Positions 30,264 to 39,608 of a DNA stretch of 64,000 nt are shown piece after piece. How positions within the stretch are numbered: position 1 is the stretch's first letter; each line of letters opens with the position of its first letter. The DNA comes from Candidatus Bathyarchaeia archaeon (GTDB lineage: Archaea > Thermoproteota > Bathyarchaeia > TCS64): the NCBI GenBank assembly GCA_050014495.1, contig JBEKDF010000002.1, positions 64,001 to 128,000 on the forward strand, given 5' to 3'. A model generated the notes under the pieces. The model searched no databases. It was given only the letters and a program-made list of their open reading frames with translations, and was not told where the DNA came from. A program made the position numbers and the translations under genes.

Positions 30264-31504
30264 CTCTTTCCCTCCCTGAAGGTCCTCGCCTCGAATCGAC
30301 GGACCCAGTCGACTAAGAACTGCTCCCGCTGAGTGGCGGTGAGGAGCCCCGTCCTAGTGCTCGCCTCCTCTTCCAACGCCTCCCTGACCCGCCCATGAAT
30401 CTCCCTTATCTCCTCGGCGAAGCCTCCGAAGTCTCGGAAATACTCTACGACGTCCGTGTTCTCAGCCATGGGGCGGGCGACGCTCGGGGGTAGGTTCAAT
30501 TCGAGAGTGTCAACATCGACCCAGAGGAGGAGCGGATCCTGCGTCACCTCCCTAATCCTGTCCTCGCTAACGTCGCTGGGCCATCCGTCGCTCAGGGTGC
30601 CCTCAAGCTTGATCCTGATGTAGCCCTGCTTGTGCTGAGCGTGTAGCTCGTCTACGAAGCTGCGTAGAGTCTCAACTGCTTTCTCCTCGTACCACTTCGG
30701 GTCAGCGCCGCGCTCGTTGCCGATCTTCACCTGCCTCATCACGTGGAGGGGCTCGATGGGAACCCAGTTGAACTTGGGCCCCTCGGTGTCCACTAGATAG
30801 AAGCCCTTCTCGGGCTCCTCGGCGAAGTCGTAGATCTCGGTACTCCCGGGGGTCAAGACCCAGCCGGAGCCATTTAGTTTCCTCGGTTCACATCTCCTGT
30901 GGTAGTGGCCGGTGAAGACGTAGTCGGCACCAGAAGCTGCGAGTTGGTCGAGGCTGAGGCTGCTGTCGCCGGGTGGGACATCGTTGTAGTTGGCGACGAA
31001 GCCGTGGATCATGAGGACTCTGACGCCCTTGCCTTCTTTGAGAGCGGGCTTCGCCAGCCTATCGTAGGCGATGTCTATCTGGTCGTAGTAGTTTAGTCCC
31101 ACAACGTGTATACGATCGTCTTCGTACACTATGTCCTCGTCCCCAAAGACGTGCAGGTATCCGGCTAGTGGGTGTCTTATGTAGTCGAGAGCGTCGCTCT
31201 GGCTCCTACCGTCGTGGTTGCCCCTTATGACGAGGATTCGTATGCTTTTGCCATGCTTTGTTTCCGTCTCCTTCACGAGGCGAAAAAGTTCCCTCTGTGT
31301 GAACTCTACCATGTGGGGGCGGAGGGTGCGCCTCTCGAAGAGGTCACCGCAGAGGAAGACGTAGTCAACACCCGCTGCAACGATCGCGTCCACGGCCTTT
31401 GTTAGTGCCCTCTCGAACGCGGCTCGCCTATGCTCCGCTATTGCGAGGGGGATGCTCCGCCCGATGTGGAGGTCGGCGAGGACAGCGAAGCGCATGTAGG
31501 CCAC
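30260..31504 (-). CDS. mre11: Mre11/SbcD nuclease
   Basis: DLH, GDLF, GNHD, IHG, GHYH. Confidence 0.92.
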   Translation of the reverse strand: MAYMRFAVLADLHIGRSIPLAIAEHRRAAFERALTKAVDAIVAAGVDYVFLCGDLFERRTLRPHMVEFTQRELFRLVKETETKHGKSIRILVIRGNHDGRSQSDALDYIRHPLAGYLHVFGDEDIVYEDDRIHVVGLNYYDQIDIAYDRLAKPALKEGKGVRVLMIHGFVANYNDVPPGDSSLSLDQLAASGADYVFTGHYHRRCEPRKLNGSGWVLTPGSTEIYDFAEEPEKGFYLVDTEGPKFNWVPIEPLHVMRQVKIGNERGADPKWYEEKAVETLRSFVDELHAQHKQGYIRIKLEGTLSDGWPSDVSEDRIREVTQDPLLLWVDVDTLELNLPPSVARPMAENTDVVEYFRDFGGFAEEIREIHGRVREALEEEASTRTGLLTATQREQFLVDWVRRFEARTFREGKS

Positions 31505-33124
31505 CTAGTGTAGGGGGAAGGCATCCCTTCTCCTCTTAATTTCAGCGTCCTCGCGGGCCTGCCTTAGGAGGTCCGCTATCTCAGGCGTTCTGCCCCCGTG
31601 GCGGGTCTCGCGCTTCGCAGTCCTGATCATCACTGGCACGGGGACGAATGGGCCGACGAGCACCGCTTCCCCCTGTTCGAGAGCTGGGAGGTCTGCGAGC
31701 AGGTCCTCGCTGAAGGACTCAGAAGCCGCCTGTATCGTGTTCTGGTCCTGGCTGTTAACTACGCGTAGTATGGCAAGGTTGCTGCAGTTGCTAAGGATGT
31801 CGGGGTCGATTCTCCTCGGCCTCTGGCTGATCACAGTGAGGAAGACGCCGAACTTGGCCCCTTCCGCTGCGATCCTTGCAAGAATGTCCCTGCTGAACCT
31901 TCCCCCACCCTCATCTGGTGGAGCCGCGAACCTGTGAGCCTCCTCAACGAAGACGAAGAGGGGGAGCTTCTCCTCGTGCCTGTACTTGATCTGGAAGACC
32001 CTGCGCAGGATCATCCCCACGATCACATCCTGCTCATCATCAGATATCCCGCTGAGGAAGATGTCGCTCATGTGCTGGGGGGCGAAGAACTCCCTGACTG
32101 GAAGCTCCCCCTCACTGAAGATGTTTCGCTCAGCGAGGCCCTCAAGGTACTCTATAAGTCGGGCGACGCGTGTCGCATCCTGCTTCGCACCACTCCTTTT
32201 CTTCTTAACCTCCAGCTCCTCCTCTTCCTCACCCTCGTCGAGTTGTTCGTAGAGGACATCGACGATGTCCTCTAGTCCGTAGAACTTCTTATGCGCCTTA
32301 GCCTCCTTCACCGCCTTGCCGAGTATTATCCTCTGGAGGCTGCCCGTGACGTGGGCTAGCCTGCACAGCTCCCCTGTGGTGCACTCGCTGACGCTTATGT
32401 GGAGTGGCTTAACCTGTGGGGCGTCGAATGCCTCTGCCGTCTCGGGGCGGTAGACCGTGACCTTATCGCGGAAGTACTCATGCTCGGCACCGCCAGGGTC
32501 CTGCGTCATATTAGCGTAGTCCCCATGGGCATCTATGACGAGGATGGAGGCACCCTGACGGAGAAGCTGCTCCATGATGCGCCCCGCGAAGTAGCTCTTC
32601 CCATACCGAGTCATCGCGAGTATCGCGGTGTGCCTGTGAAGCTCCTTGCCGCTGACGGGGACCCTTATCCCCTCCCTATACAACAGGCTGCCCACCATCA
32701 GCGGTATCTCTCCCTCACCCAGGGTAAAGAGCCTCTGGAGTAACTCGTCACTGGCCCTGTATACGGGGCTCCCCGGCATAGGTGGGCTCCTTGGCCTGTG
32801 TACCTCACTTCTCCCATCCTCCTCGTGGAGGTAACCGAGGACTTTGGCGTGGGCGAAGACCTGTATGAGGTCATCGTCGATGCCTAACTCACTCATCTTC
32901 CTGGCAGCGTCTGGGGTAGTCCTCTCATCGTAGAAGGGGTGGCGGCTCGTGATCGTCTTCACCTGCCCCAGAACCCTGATGCTCCTCATGGAGCCGTCTG
33001 GCTGGGGCTCCTCAACCTCTACCTCGACGTACTCGTAGCTCACTGGCCTGTTCTTCGTGTCGACTATGTTGAACTCGAACCACGTCGGGTCGCTCTGCCC
33101 AATGATGCTGCCGTACTCCTTCAT
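31505..33124 (-). CDS. herA: HerA helicase
   Basis: HAS-barrel N-terminus, HTAILAMTRYGKS, IDAHGDY, VEEAH, ISQRP. Confidence 0.92.
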   Translation of the reverse strand: MKEYGSIIGQSDPTWFEFNIVDTKNRPVSYEYVEVEVEEPQPDGSMRSIRVLGQVKTITSRHPFYDERTTPDAARKMSELGIDDDLIQVFAHAKVLGYLHEEDGRSEVHRPRSPPMPGSPVYRASDELLQRLFTLGEGEIPLMVGSLLYREGIRVPVSGKELHRHTAILAMTRYGKSYFAGRIMEQLLRQGASILVIDAHGDYANMTQDPGGAEHEYFRDKVTVYRPETAEAFDAPQVKPLHISVSECTTGELCRLAHVTGSLQRIILGKAVKEAKAHKKFYGLEDIVDVLYEQLDEGEEEEELEVKKKRSGAKQDATRVARLIEYLEGLAERNIFSEGELPVREFFAPQHMSDIFLSGISDDEQDVIVGMILRRVFQIKYRHEEKLPLFVFVEEAHRFAAPPDEGGGRFSRDILARIAAEGAKFGVFLTVISQRPRRIDPDILSNCSNLAILRVVNSQDQNTIQAASESFSEDLLADLPALEQGEAVLVGPFVPVPVMIRTAKRETRHGGRTPEIADLLRQAREDAEIKRRRDAFPLH

Positions 33125-34407
33125 CCAAACTCCCTCTTCGACCTGCGCTTGCCCTCCACATCGAGACCCGCCTCCTCGAGGCGGTGGATTATGAAGGGCT
33201 CATACTTCCTATGGTATAAGTCCCTGTCGAAGCGGGCGAGCATATCCGCCTGCTTCAGCGGGATGTTGTACTCGACCTCATTACAGAACCAGTGTCCGAG
33301 GTGGTTTAATACCTTCTCAAGGTTTGGGTTAGGGTCGAGGAACATGTTACGAGTGTGTCTGTTCCACGCCTCTGGGCGCCCGAGGAGGTTCGCGAGGACG
33401 TCGACTCGGAAGGGGCGCGCATCAGGGCCTGGCTTCCAGTAGATGGCTGCAACACCTGGTGCAGTGAAAAACCCCTTCATAGCCTCCTTGACGCGTGTCG
33501 CTATTCCGGGTTCAAGGTGCTTGTCCACCTGCCTGTATAGATTTGGGGCATCGTTATCCGTGTAGTAGATTGATGGTGAGAGGTAAAGTGGAGTCGTGTA
33601 GCCCGCAGTCTCCGTGGATTCCCTGACGAGGAGTGGGTCGCAGAGGGGCCGAGCCTCGATCCATGGCTCGATCTGCCTACACTCCTCCTCGCTCCAATTC
33701 TCCATCTTCCCCCTGAGGTCTAGGGGAGACGAAGCCTCATCAAGCTTCTTGACTAGGCTCCCGAGCCCCGCTCGGGTGACCGCGGTCTTAAGCAGCTGCA
33801 TGTATAAGAAGAAGACACTGGAGTCCTTCGCGACCCCTACTAGAGGGAACCCGTTATCCCTGGCGAGCGTGCGTAGCCGTGCTATTGATTCGAAGAAATC
33901 TGCAAGCAGCTTGGGGTGGTGTCGATACTCCCTGATGGCGTAAGGGAGCCTACCGATGTAGAGACTCCCATCCATAAGGACGATGGGGGCTCCCCCCTCG
34001 TCTAGAACCCTATTCGCCGCCGCGTAGGCGGCGTCGTATTCACAAATGGTGCGCACATAGCCGGGGATGAAGCTCTTATCCCTGTCCTCGTAGACCTGGC
34101 CAACGTAGAGGCGTACACGCTTCTCCATGCGCCTCCCTTCACCGGGCTTGTGGATGAGGGCGATGGCACGCCCCGCTGCTACGAAGTCGCCGTATGCGAA
34201 TTCGCTCCGTTGGATGCCCCCATCGACGCTGATTAGAGTACCCTCCCTCTCGTCGGAGTCATGTGTGTATGGAACCCACTTGGCCCTCACCTCATCCGCG
34301 AGGATCGACTGCCTTGACTCCTCCTCATCCTTCGCTGCAATCTCCCCCGCAACCCTCTCCAGCTCCGAGTAGAAGTCATCGAAGAAGAGGTCCTTTACCC
34401 CACTCAA
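33121..34407 (-). CDS. nurA: NurA nuclease
   Basis: SVDGG, LMDGS, GVAKDS, IPLKQAD; operon context. Confidence 0.88.
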   Translation of the reverse strand: MSGVKDLFFDDFYSELERVAGEIAAKDEEESRQSILADEVRAKWVPYTHDSDEREGTLISVDGGIQRSEFAYGDFVAAGRAIALIHKPGEGRRMEKRVRLYVGQVYEDRDKSFIPGYVRTICEYDAAYAAANRVLDEGGAPIVLMDGSLYIGRLPYAIREYRHHPKLLADFFESIARLRTLARDNGFPLVGVAKDSSVFFLYMQLLKTAVTRAGLGSLVKKLDEASSPLDLRGKMENWSEEECRQIEPWIEARPLCDPLLVRESTETAGYTTPLYLSPSIYYTDNDAPNLYRQVDKHLEPGIATRVKEAMKGFFTAPGVAAIYWKPGPDARPFRVDVLANLLGRPEAWNRHTRNMFLDPNPNLEKVLNHLGHWFCNEVEYNIPLKQADMLARFDRDLYHRKYEPFIIHRLEEAGLDVEGKRRSKREFG

Positions 34408-34483
34408 ACCCCGTCAGAGAAGATTAGCCTCGTCAACATATATGTTGAAGAGGTGGGAGAAAGTGGGTGCAGCGGTGGCTCCT

Positions 34484-34782
34484 ATGGGCAATCGGGCTGG
34501 CGTGACGCAGGTCCGCGTCACCCCCCTCCGTCCCGAATTCCCGCGAGCGCCCAACGTTCAGACTTAGGTTGCTCCCTCCCGGGCCTGGCCAGGTTCGCCC
34601 GTCGAATGCACACGCGCCCCCCTACGAGGGCGTGCCTTGCAACCGCCGGCCCCGCGGGGCAGGACATCTCCGGAGGGCTCCGCGCCTTACGCCACGCTTC
34701 CTCCGGCCACCCAAGAGGTTACTGACCCCCCTTGTAGCCCATTAGAGGTGCGGGGCAGGGCTGGCTCCCCGATCCTACCCAC
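34484..34782 (-). ncRNA. ffs: Archaeal SRP (7S) RNA
   Basis: Helix 8 CAGGCCC-GGGA-GGGAGCA; helix 6 with GTAG loop; Alu hairpin loops AGCCC/GGGCT complementary; helix 1 GTGGGTA/TGCCCAT. Confidence 0.95.
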
Positions 34783-34922
34783 CACTGCATCCTAACTCAC
34801 GGAGCCTCGCTGTAAAAGCATTATGCACACCGCGATGATTTCAATAAAACGTATAAAAAGATGAATACGGAGGGTTCACAGATCTTCGCGCGAAAGGAAT
34901 ATATTCTATCAGGTAGCCGGAG

Positions 34923-36170
34923 TTGAGCTATATGCCCTCTGAGATTACTCCACAAATGCGGAAGAACTTCAACATAACTATCGCTTGCACCATAGTGATG
35001 CAGATAACTTCATCAACAATCTACATGGTTCTACCGCTATTCTTCGAAAGCGTTGGACTGAATAACGCTGATAATGGTGTACTTATCTCAATAGGCACCT
35101 TTGCAGGAATCATAAGTGGTCTGGTTGCTGGTGCCCTATCAAACAGGTATGGAAGGAAAAATATACTTATTTTAAGCGGATTCATCTATTCTTCAACCTT
35201 CTTCATGCTTGTCTTCATGGGGCATGATTTCACATCCCTTATGATCTCGAGATTCATCGCGGGTATTGGCTTCTACATGATGCCTGTTGCAGTGACGACG
35301 ATGGCAGCTGACATTTTCCCAACGAGAGAACGTGGAAGGGCCATGGCACTTTACGGAGTAGCCGGTGGTATCGGGGCGTTAATCGGTCCCCTGATAACCC
35401 CCTTCTTGGTTTTTGGAACCGATTATACCTGGTATTTCCTCTTCTCGGCTATCTCGATTTTTCTAAGCTCAATTGCAATGATATTTTTGGTAAAGGAGAC
35501 GCTCCCTGATGACATAAGGTCAATAACAATAGCTTCTACGGGGAAGAGAATAGATGTCCGGGGTTTCCTGATCTCGGTGAAGGGTCTTGGCGCTGTCGTT
35601 GCGATATTTCTCATCGCTGTTCTCATTTACCGTGCCGGTTACACGATGATTGATCCATTCCTCAGTCTTTACCTGAATGAGGTTCTCCATCTTGACCTCG
35701 GATCAGTTAGTTACATCTTTGCCCTCAGGGCATTCTGTACGATCATCTTTTCCCAAATCTCTGGGTGGCTCACCGATAAGTATGGTAGGAAGTCAATGTT
35801 CATGATCGGGCTCGGAATGACCGTTCTTACCACCTTTAGTTACACGATCACATCGACGTTTGTTCAGATGCTGTTTTTAAGGGCTTTCGATGCAGCTGGC
35901 TCCGCGATTACCCTTACAGCTGTCAGGACTATGGTAGCAGATCTTCTCAGCCCCGAGATGCGTGCCTTCGGAATGGGTCTTTACTCCGCACTCACTCAAC
36001 AGAGCTCCACCGTTGGCTCCATCTTCAGCGGCTTCATAATCGACGCATTCGGCTTCAACGCAACTTTCTACTCAGCAACCTTCCTGTGTGCAATCGCCTT
36101 CATCATAGTTGTAATCTGGGTTCCAGAGCCTGTAAACTTGATGGATAAAATAAATCCTAAGAAAGCTTAG
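34923..36170 (+). CDS. MFS transporter (visibly more AT-rich than neighbours)
   Basis: GALSNRYGRK, GWLTDKYGRK, ERGRAMA. Confidence 0.9.
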   Translation: MSYMPSEITPQMRKNFNITIACTIVMQITSSTIYMVLPLFFESVGLNNADNGVLISIGTFAGIISGLVAGALSNRYGRKNILILSGFIYSSTFFMLVFMGHDFTSLMISRFIAGIGFYMMPVAVTTMAADIFPTRERGRAMALYGVAGGIGALIGPLITPFLVFGTDYTWYFLFSAISIFLSSIAMIFLVKETLPDDIRSITIASTGKRIDVRGFLISVKGLGAVVAIFLIAVLIYRAGYTMIDPFLSLYLNEVLHLDLGSVSYIFALRAFCTIIFSQISGWLTDKYGRKSMFMIGLGMTVLTTFSYTITSTFVQMLFLRAFDAAGSAITLTAVRTMVADLLSPEMRAFGMGLYSALTQQSSTVGSIFSGFIIDAFGFNATFYSATFLCAIAFIIVVIWVPEPVNLMDKINPKKA

Positions 36171-36435
36171 AGATAGACAGGGTACGCTCAATATTTCGCG
36201 CGCATCCTCAGCACTGAGAAGCAGCTTTGATATGAGGATTCGAGCCACAATTAAACTAAGCTCAATGATAGATCTCTATTCAGCAGTTTCCTCTTCGATA
36301 TCTTACAATTAGGATTTTATCTTCTAGATTGCCCCTCTGTTTTTGTAGTTTTAGCCTAGTTGAAGTTGCGAATACCAATGCTAGGAAAGTAACTAAATTG
36401 AGTCGCGGACTATGCCTTAGAACTGTATTATATGA

Positions 36436-37293
36436 TTATAGCGGTTTGAGCCCAAACATACTAAAGCTAAAGATGATGTTCCCAATTATTAGGGCAAGGA
36501 AACCGTAGGTCGCGGCCGTCTGCAATAACTTGCCACCTGATTTCATCCCCGTTGCAGCCTTCCACATCTGTCCACCGTCAAGTGGGCCTATAGGGAGCAT
36601 GTTCATTATTGCGAGGTTTATCGAGACGAAGTAGAGCCAACTAAGGAATATGGCCAAGGCCCCTGGCATGATACCCCCAAACGCAATCATTAGTGGGATT
36701 ATTAAAAGTCCTGTTATGAGGTTAACTATGCTACCTGAGGCGAAGACTCTCATCCTACTGAGGAGCGACGCCTTCTGGAGATCTTCTTCATCAGGCTCAA
36801 CGGCACCACCAAAAGTAATGACGGCAACCAAAACCGCTGCGGATTTCACTTTAATCCCCCCTATTACGCACTGAATGCCATGACTGAGTTCGTGCGTGAG
36901 AATGACAATGCCAGCCGCAAGCATGAACCATGGTAGACTTGATGCCCCTATGGTGACTCCTGGGATGAGTGGCTGGACCGGGGTCGCTTGCTCTGGTACG
37001 AAGAAGAACTTGAAGAGGTTATTGATAAGGAGCCAGGAGGCAAAGGCACCTTGCCCCACGGATGCGACTACGCCCACATTACCGAGTATGCGCCACATCT
37101 CGGGGTGCCACCCCGCGAGTCTGGATATGAAGCCATTGAGCCTAGTCGACTTGTATAAGACATAGATAGGGCTTACCTCGAGGTCGTCCCTCTTCACCTT
37201 GAATAGAGTAATGACAGCGTAGAAGGTGAACCATACGGCGACAATTATCCCAAGCGTTGTGAGGGAGTCCAACCTCTTAACCTCCATTTCCAC
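36436..37293 (-). CDS. Site-2 protease (M50)
   Basis: HELSH and NMLPIGPLDGG. Confidence 0.92.
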   Translation of the reverse strand: MEMEVKRLDSLTTLGIIVAVWFTFYAVITLFKVKRDDLEVSPIYVLYKSTRLNGFISRLAGWHPEMWRILGNVGVVASVGQGAFASWLLINNLFKFFFVPEQATPVQPLIPGVTIGASSLPWFMLAAGIVILTHELSHGIQCVIGGIKVKSAAVLVAVITFGGAVEPDEEDLQKASLLSRMRVFASGSIVNLITGLLIIPLMIAFGGIMPGALAIFLSWLYFVSINLAIMNMLPIGPLDGGQMWKAATGMKSGGKLLQTAATYGFLALIIGNIIFSFSMFGLKPL

Positions 37294-37340
37294 GTGTAGG
37301 CTGTAGATATAAGGAGAACGCTATTCTATCCTTTTGGTGA

Positions 37341-38027
37341 ATCGGGGCGTCGGATCGAGTCGAGGTTAGCTACAGGGAGGAGAGGTGGATCCTCCTAAGG
37401 TCGCTCAGAGGTGAGGCATCCTCCCTAATTCGCCCCCTTAGTAATGCACACATAAACTGCTTCGCTTATGGTAGCCTTGCGAGGGGTGACGTTAAGTCAA
37501 CGAGCGATGTCGACATCTTCATCCCTAATCCTCCAGCCCCTGAGCTCATCGAAGCAGCCCTCGAAAGAACGGGGATACGCGCTTCTGAGAGGGAAATAAT
37601 ACAGGCGACCCCCGGGTACGCCGCGAAGGGATACATATATGTTGCTGAGAGAAGGGGCTACAGTTTCCCCTTAGTTCCCCTCTTAGCTGCAGAACGCGAC
37701 TTCTACTCATTCGCCGGCTCCATAGACCTGAGTCAGCTGGAGGTAGGTACTCGGGTATCTGGAGTTGACAAGAGGTTGATGCTCATCGAGCCTACCTTGA
37801 AGGGACACATCGAGTCCCCCGTGGCTGGCAGAGAGGGGGAAGTCGCCCGCCTACTCGGTGTGAACTCCAGAATAGTGATGGAGAGAGTGAGAACACTGGA
37901 ACGCAGACGCGCAGTTGGTCGCACCGGGGTCTACCTGAAGCATATTCTTGAGCCCGATGAGGGATTTGGCGAGGCTCTACATAGGCTCAGCCTTAATAGG
38001 CCTGCCCTAAGAAAAAGGCTTGTTTAA
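37341..38027 (+). CDS. Pol-beta-like nucleotidyltransferase (COG2413-type); start uncertain
   Basis: Frame open from 37341 with YGSLARGDVKSTSDVDIF, QATP, SFPL, GVDKRL, GRTGVY; the ORF track shows only the last 83 aa. Confidence 0.82.
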   Translation: MGASDRVEVSYREERWILLRSLRGEASSLIRPLSNAHINCFAYGSLARGDVKSTSDVDIFIPNPPAPELIEAALERTGIRASEREIIQATPGYAAKGYIYVAERRGYSFPLVPLLAAERDFYSFAGSIDLSQLEVGTRVSGVDKRLMLIEPTLKGHIESPVAGREGEVARLLGVNSRIVMERVRTLERRRAVGRTGVYLKHILEPDEGFGEALHRLSLNRPALRKRLV

Positions 38028-38037
38028 AAAAGGTTGG

Positions 38038-39309
38038 TTACTGAGTAAGGTCCTTGAAGGCCTTGATCTCCATCCCCTGCGGGATTTTGACTCCCTCAGC
38101 GATCCTGTCACCGACGACCGCCTTCACTCCCTTCGATGCTGCTGCGTCTATCAGGCGTCCTGTCACAATACCGTCGAAGATCACGGCCTTAACCGCTTCA
38201 GCTGCCTTGAGTTTCTCGACGAGTTCAGCGACTGGGAATCTATCCAACTGGGCGTCGTCCTTCCCTATTAGGACGGCCTCGAGGGTTCCCTTTAGCCCAT
38301 CGGTGAGTTTGGCGTACTCGTTCGCGAGACTTGGGGGTTGGACCACTACGGGTGGTGGTGGCCTCTGGCGTTGGACGCGCGGGGGTCTCGCGTGTGGTCT
38401 TTGACGCTCTGGCACGATCTCAGGTAAACGCTCTGGAGGACGTTCCTCAACTTGTGGTGGGGCCTCTACCTGTGTCTGTAGCGCTGCGAAGGCTTCTTCG
38501 ACCGGCATCTTCGCCTCAAGAGCTGCCTTTATCTGATCGGGGTCGAGTTCCTCGACCTCTGAGCCACGAGGAGCACGCGCCACATACTTCGGTTTCGCAA
38601 CCTGCATTAACTCTCTCAGGATGAGGTCGCCGCCACGATCACCGTCCAAGAAGGCTGTTACTTCCTTCTTCCTTGCGAGTTCGCGGATCGTGTTTGGTAT
38701 CTTAACGCCCTCGACCGCTATGGAGCCGCTTATCCCCGCTCTGAGGAGGTTGATTACGTCTGCCCTCCCTTCGACGAGTATTATGTCGTTGCGTTGGCTG
38801 ATATCGGGGGTGGCAGTGAGCCTCTCGCGCCCGTAGTGAACGGGTTCAATCTTCTTGCCTTCCTGACCCACCTGTTCGAGCATGACTTCGATGTCGTGGT
38901 GCTCCTTGACATGCCAGTCACGCATCAACTCCTTAGCGCGTTCTTGTATGCGCTTGAGTTTGTCGGCACGGACGTCGTGTATGCTCTCGATGTTTATCTT
39001 AGCATCGCATGGGCCTACCCTATCGACAGTTTCCATGGCCGCTGCTATTATGGCGGTCTCGGGTCTATCTAGACTCGATGGGACAACGAGGGTACCCGTC
39101 GTCTTGTCGTTTGCGGACTTAAGTTCAATGTCGATCCTGCCGATCTTGCCTGTGCGTTGTAACTCGCGAAGCTCGAAGTCTTTTGGGAATAATCCCTCTG
39201 TCTGTCCAAAGATGGCTCCGATCACGTCGTGTCGCTCAACTACGCCCTCAATTGAGAAGCGTGCCTGTATCGTGTACTTTACGCCTGTGTAGATTTCCTT
39301 ATCTCCCAT
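38038..39309 (-). CDS. dnaG: Archaeal DnaG (exosome-associated)
   Basis: DVIGAIFGQTEGL, LRELQRTGKIGRI, VEGRADV, DGDRGG. Confidence 0.97.
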   Translation of the reverse strand: MGDKEIYTGVKYTIQARFSIEGVVERHDVIGAIFGQTEGLFPKDFELRELQRTGKIGRIDIELKSANDKTTGTLVVPSSLDRPETAIIAAAMETVDRVGPCDAKINIESIHDVRADKLKRIQERAKELMRDWHVKEHHDIEVMLEQVGQEGKKIEPVHYGRERLTATPDISQRNDIILVEGRADVINLLRAGISGSIAVEGVKIPNTIRELARKKEVTAFLDGDRGGDLILRELMQVAKPKYVARAPRGSEVEELDPDQIKAALEAKMPVEEAFAALQTQVEAPPQVEERPPERLPEIVPERQRPHARPPRVQRQRPPPPVVVQPPSLANEYAKLTDGLKGTLEAVLIGKDDAQLDRFPVAELVEKLKAAEAVKAVIFDGIVTGRLIDAAASKGVKAVVGDRIAEGVKIPQGMEIKAFKDLTQ

Positions 39310-39340
39310 TGCTTATTTCAACTCTGTTTGTTGTTTTCTT

Positions 39341-39500
39341 GATTCACTCTGCCCGCGGGGCGGCTCCTCTTTTCCGCTTGGGGCTTTAGCCTGGGTCCGA
39401 GAACTCGTACCCTGGGGTTAGCTTCCATCCGGTGATAGCGGGGCTCTTGTCGTCTTCGACCTTTACACCCGCGGTGATTGTGAATCACGCCTTATTGGCG
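39341..39500 (-). ncRNA. Structured 5' leader of dnaG (unknown family)
   Basis: Nested helices 39341-47/39480-86, 39353-59/39468-74, 39374-78/39437-41, plus internal hairpins. Confidence 0.6.
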
Positions 39501-39608
39501 CGTCTAGGATACTTTCATCTAGGAATAAAAACGTTGTCGATCGCCAGTCTTTAGGCAGCGTCGTAGTTTTAAGAGGGTTTCACCGACACTTATCTGAGGT
39601 TCGTCCCC

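Noticed and set aside
28203..34407. Anti-phage HerA or SMC defence system
   Set aside because: Composition matches the known archaeal double-strand-break repair operon; no effector or island context.
34453..34725. 90-aa ORF
   Set aside because: Antisense to the SRP RNA.
39341..39500. c-di-AMP riboswitch or RNase P identity for the dnaG leader
   Set aside because: AGCTAAC and GTGAATC are present but in the wrong order for the riboswitch; the RNase P P4 consensus (GAGGAAAGTCC) is absent.
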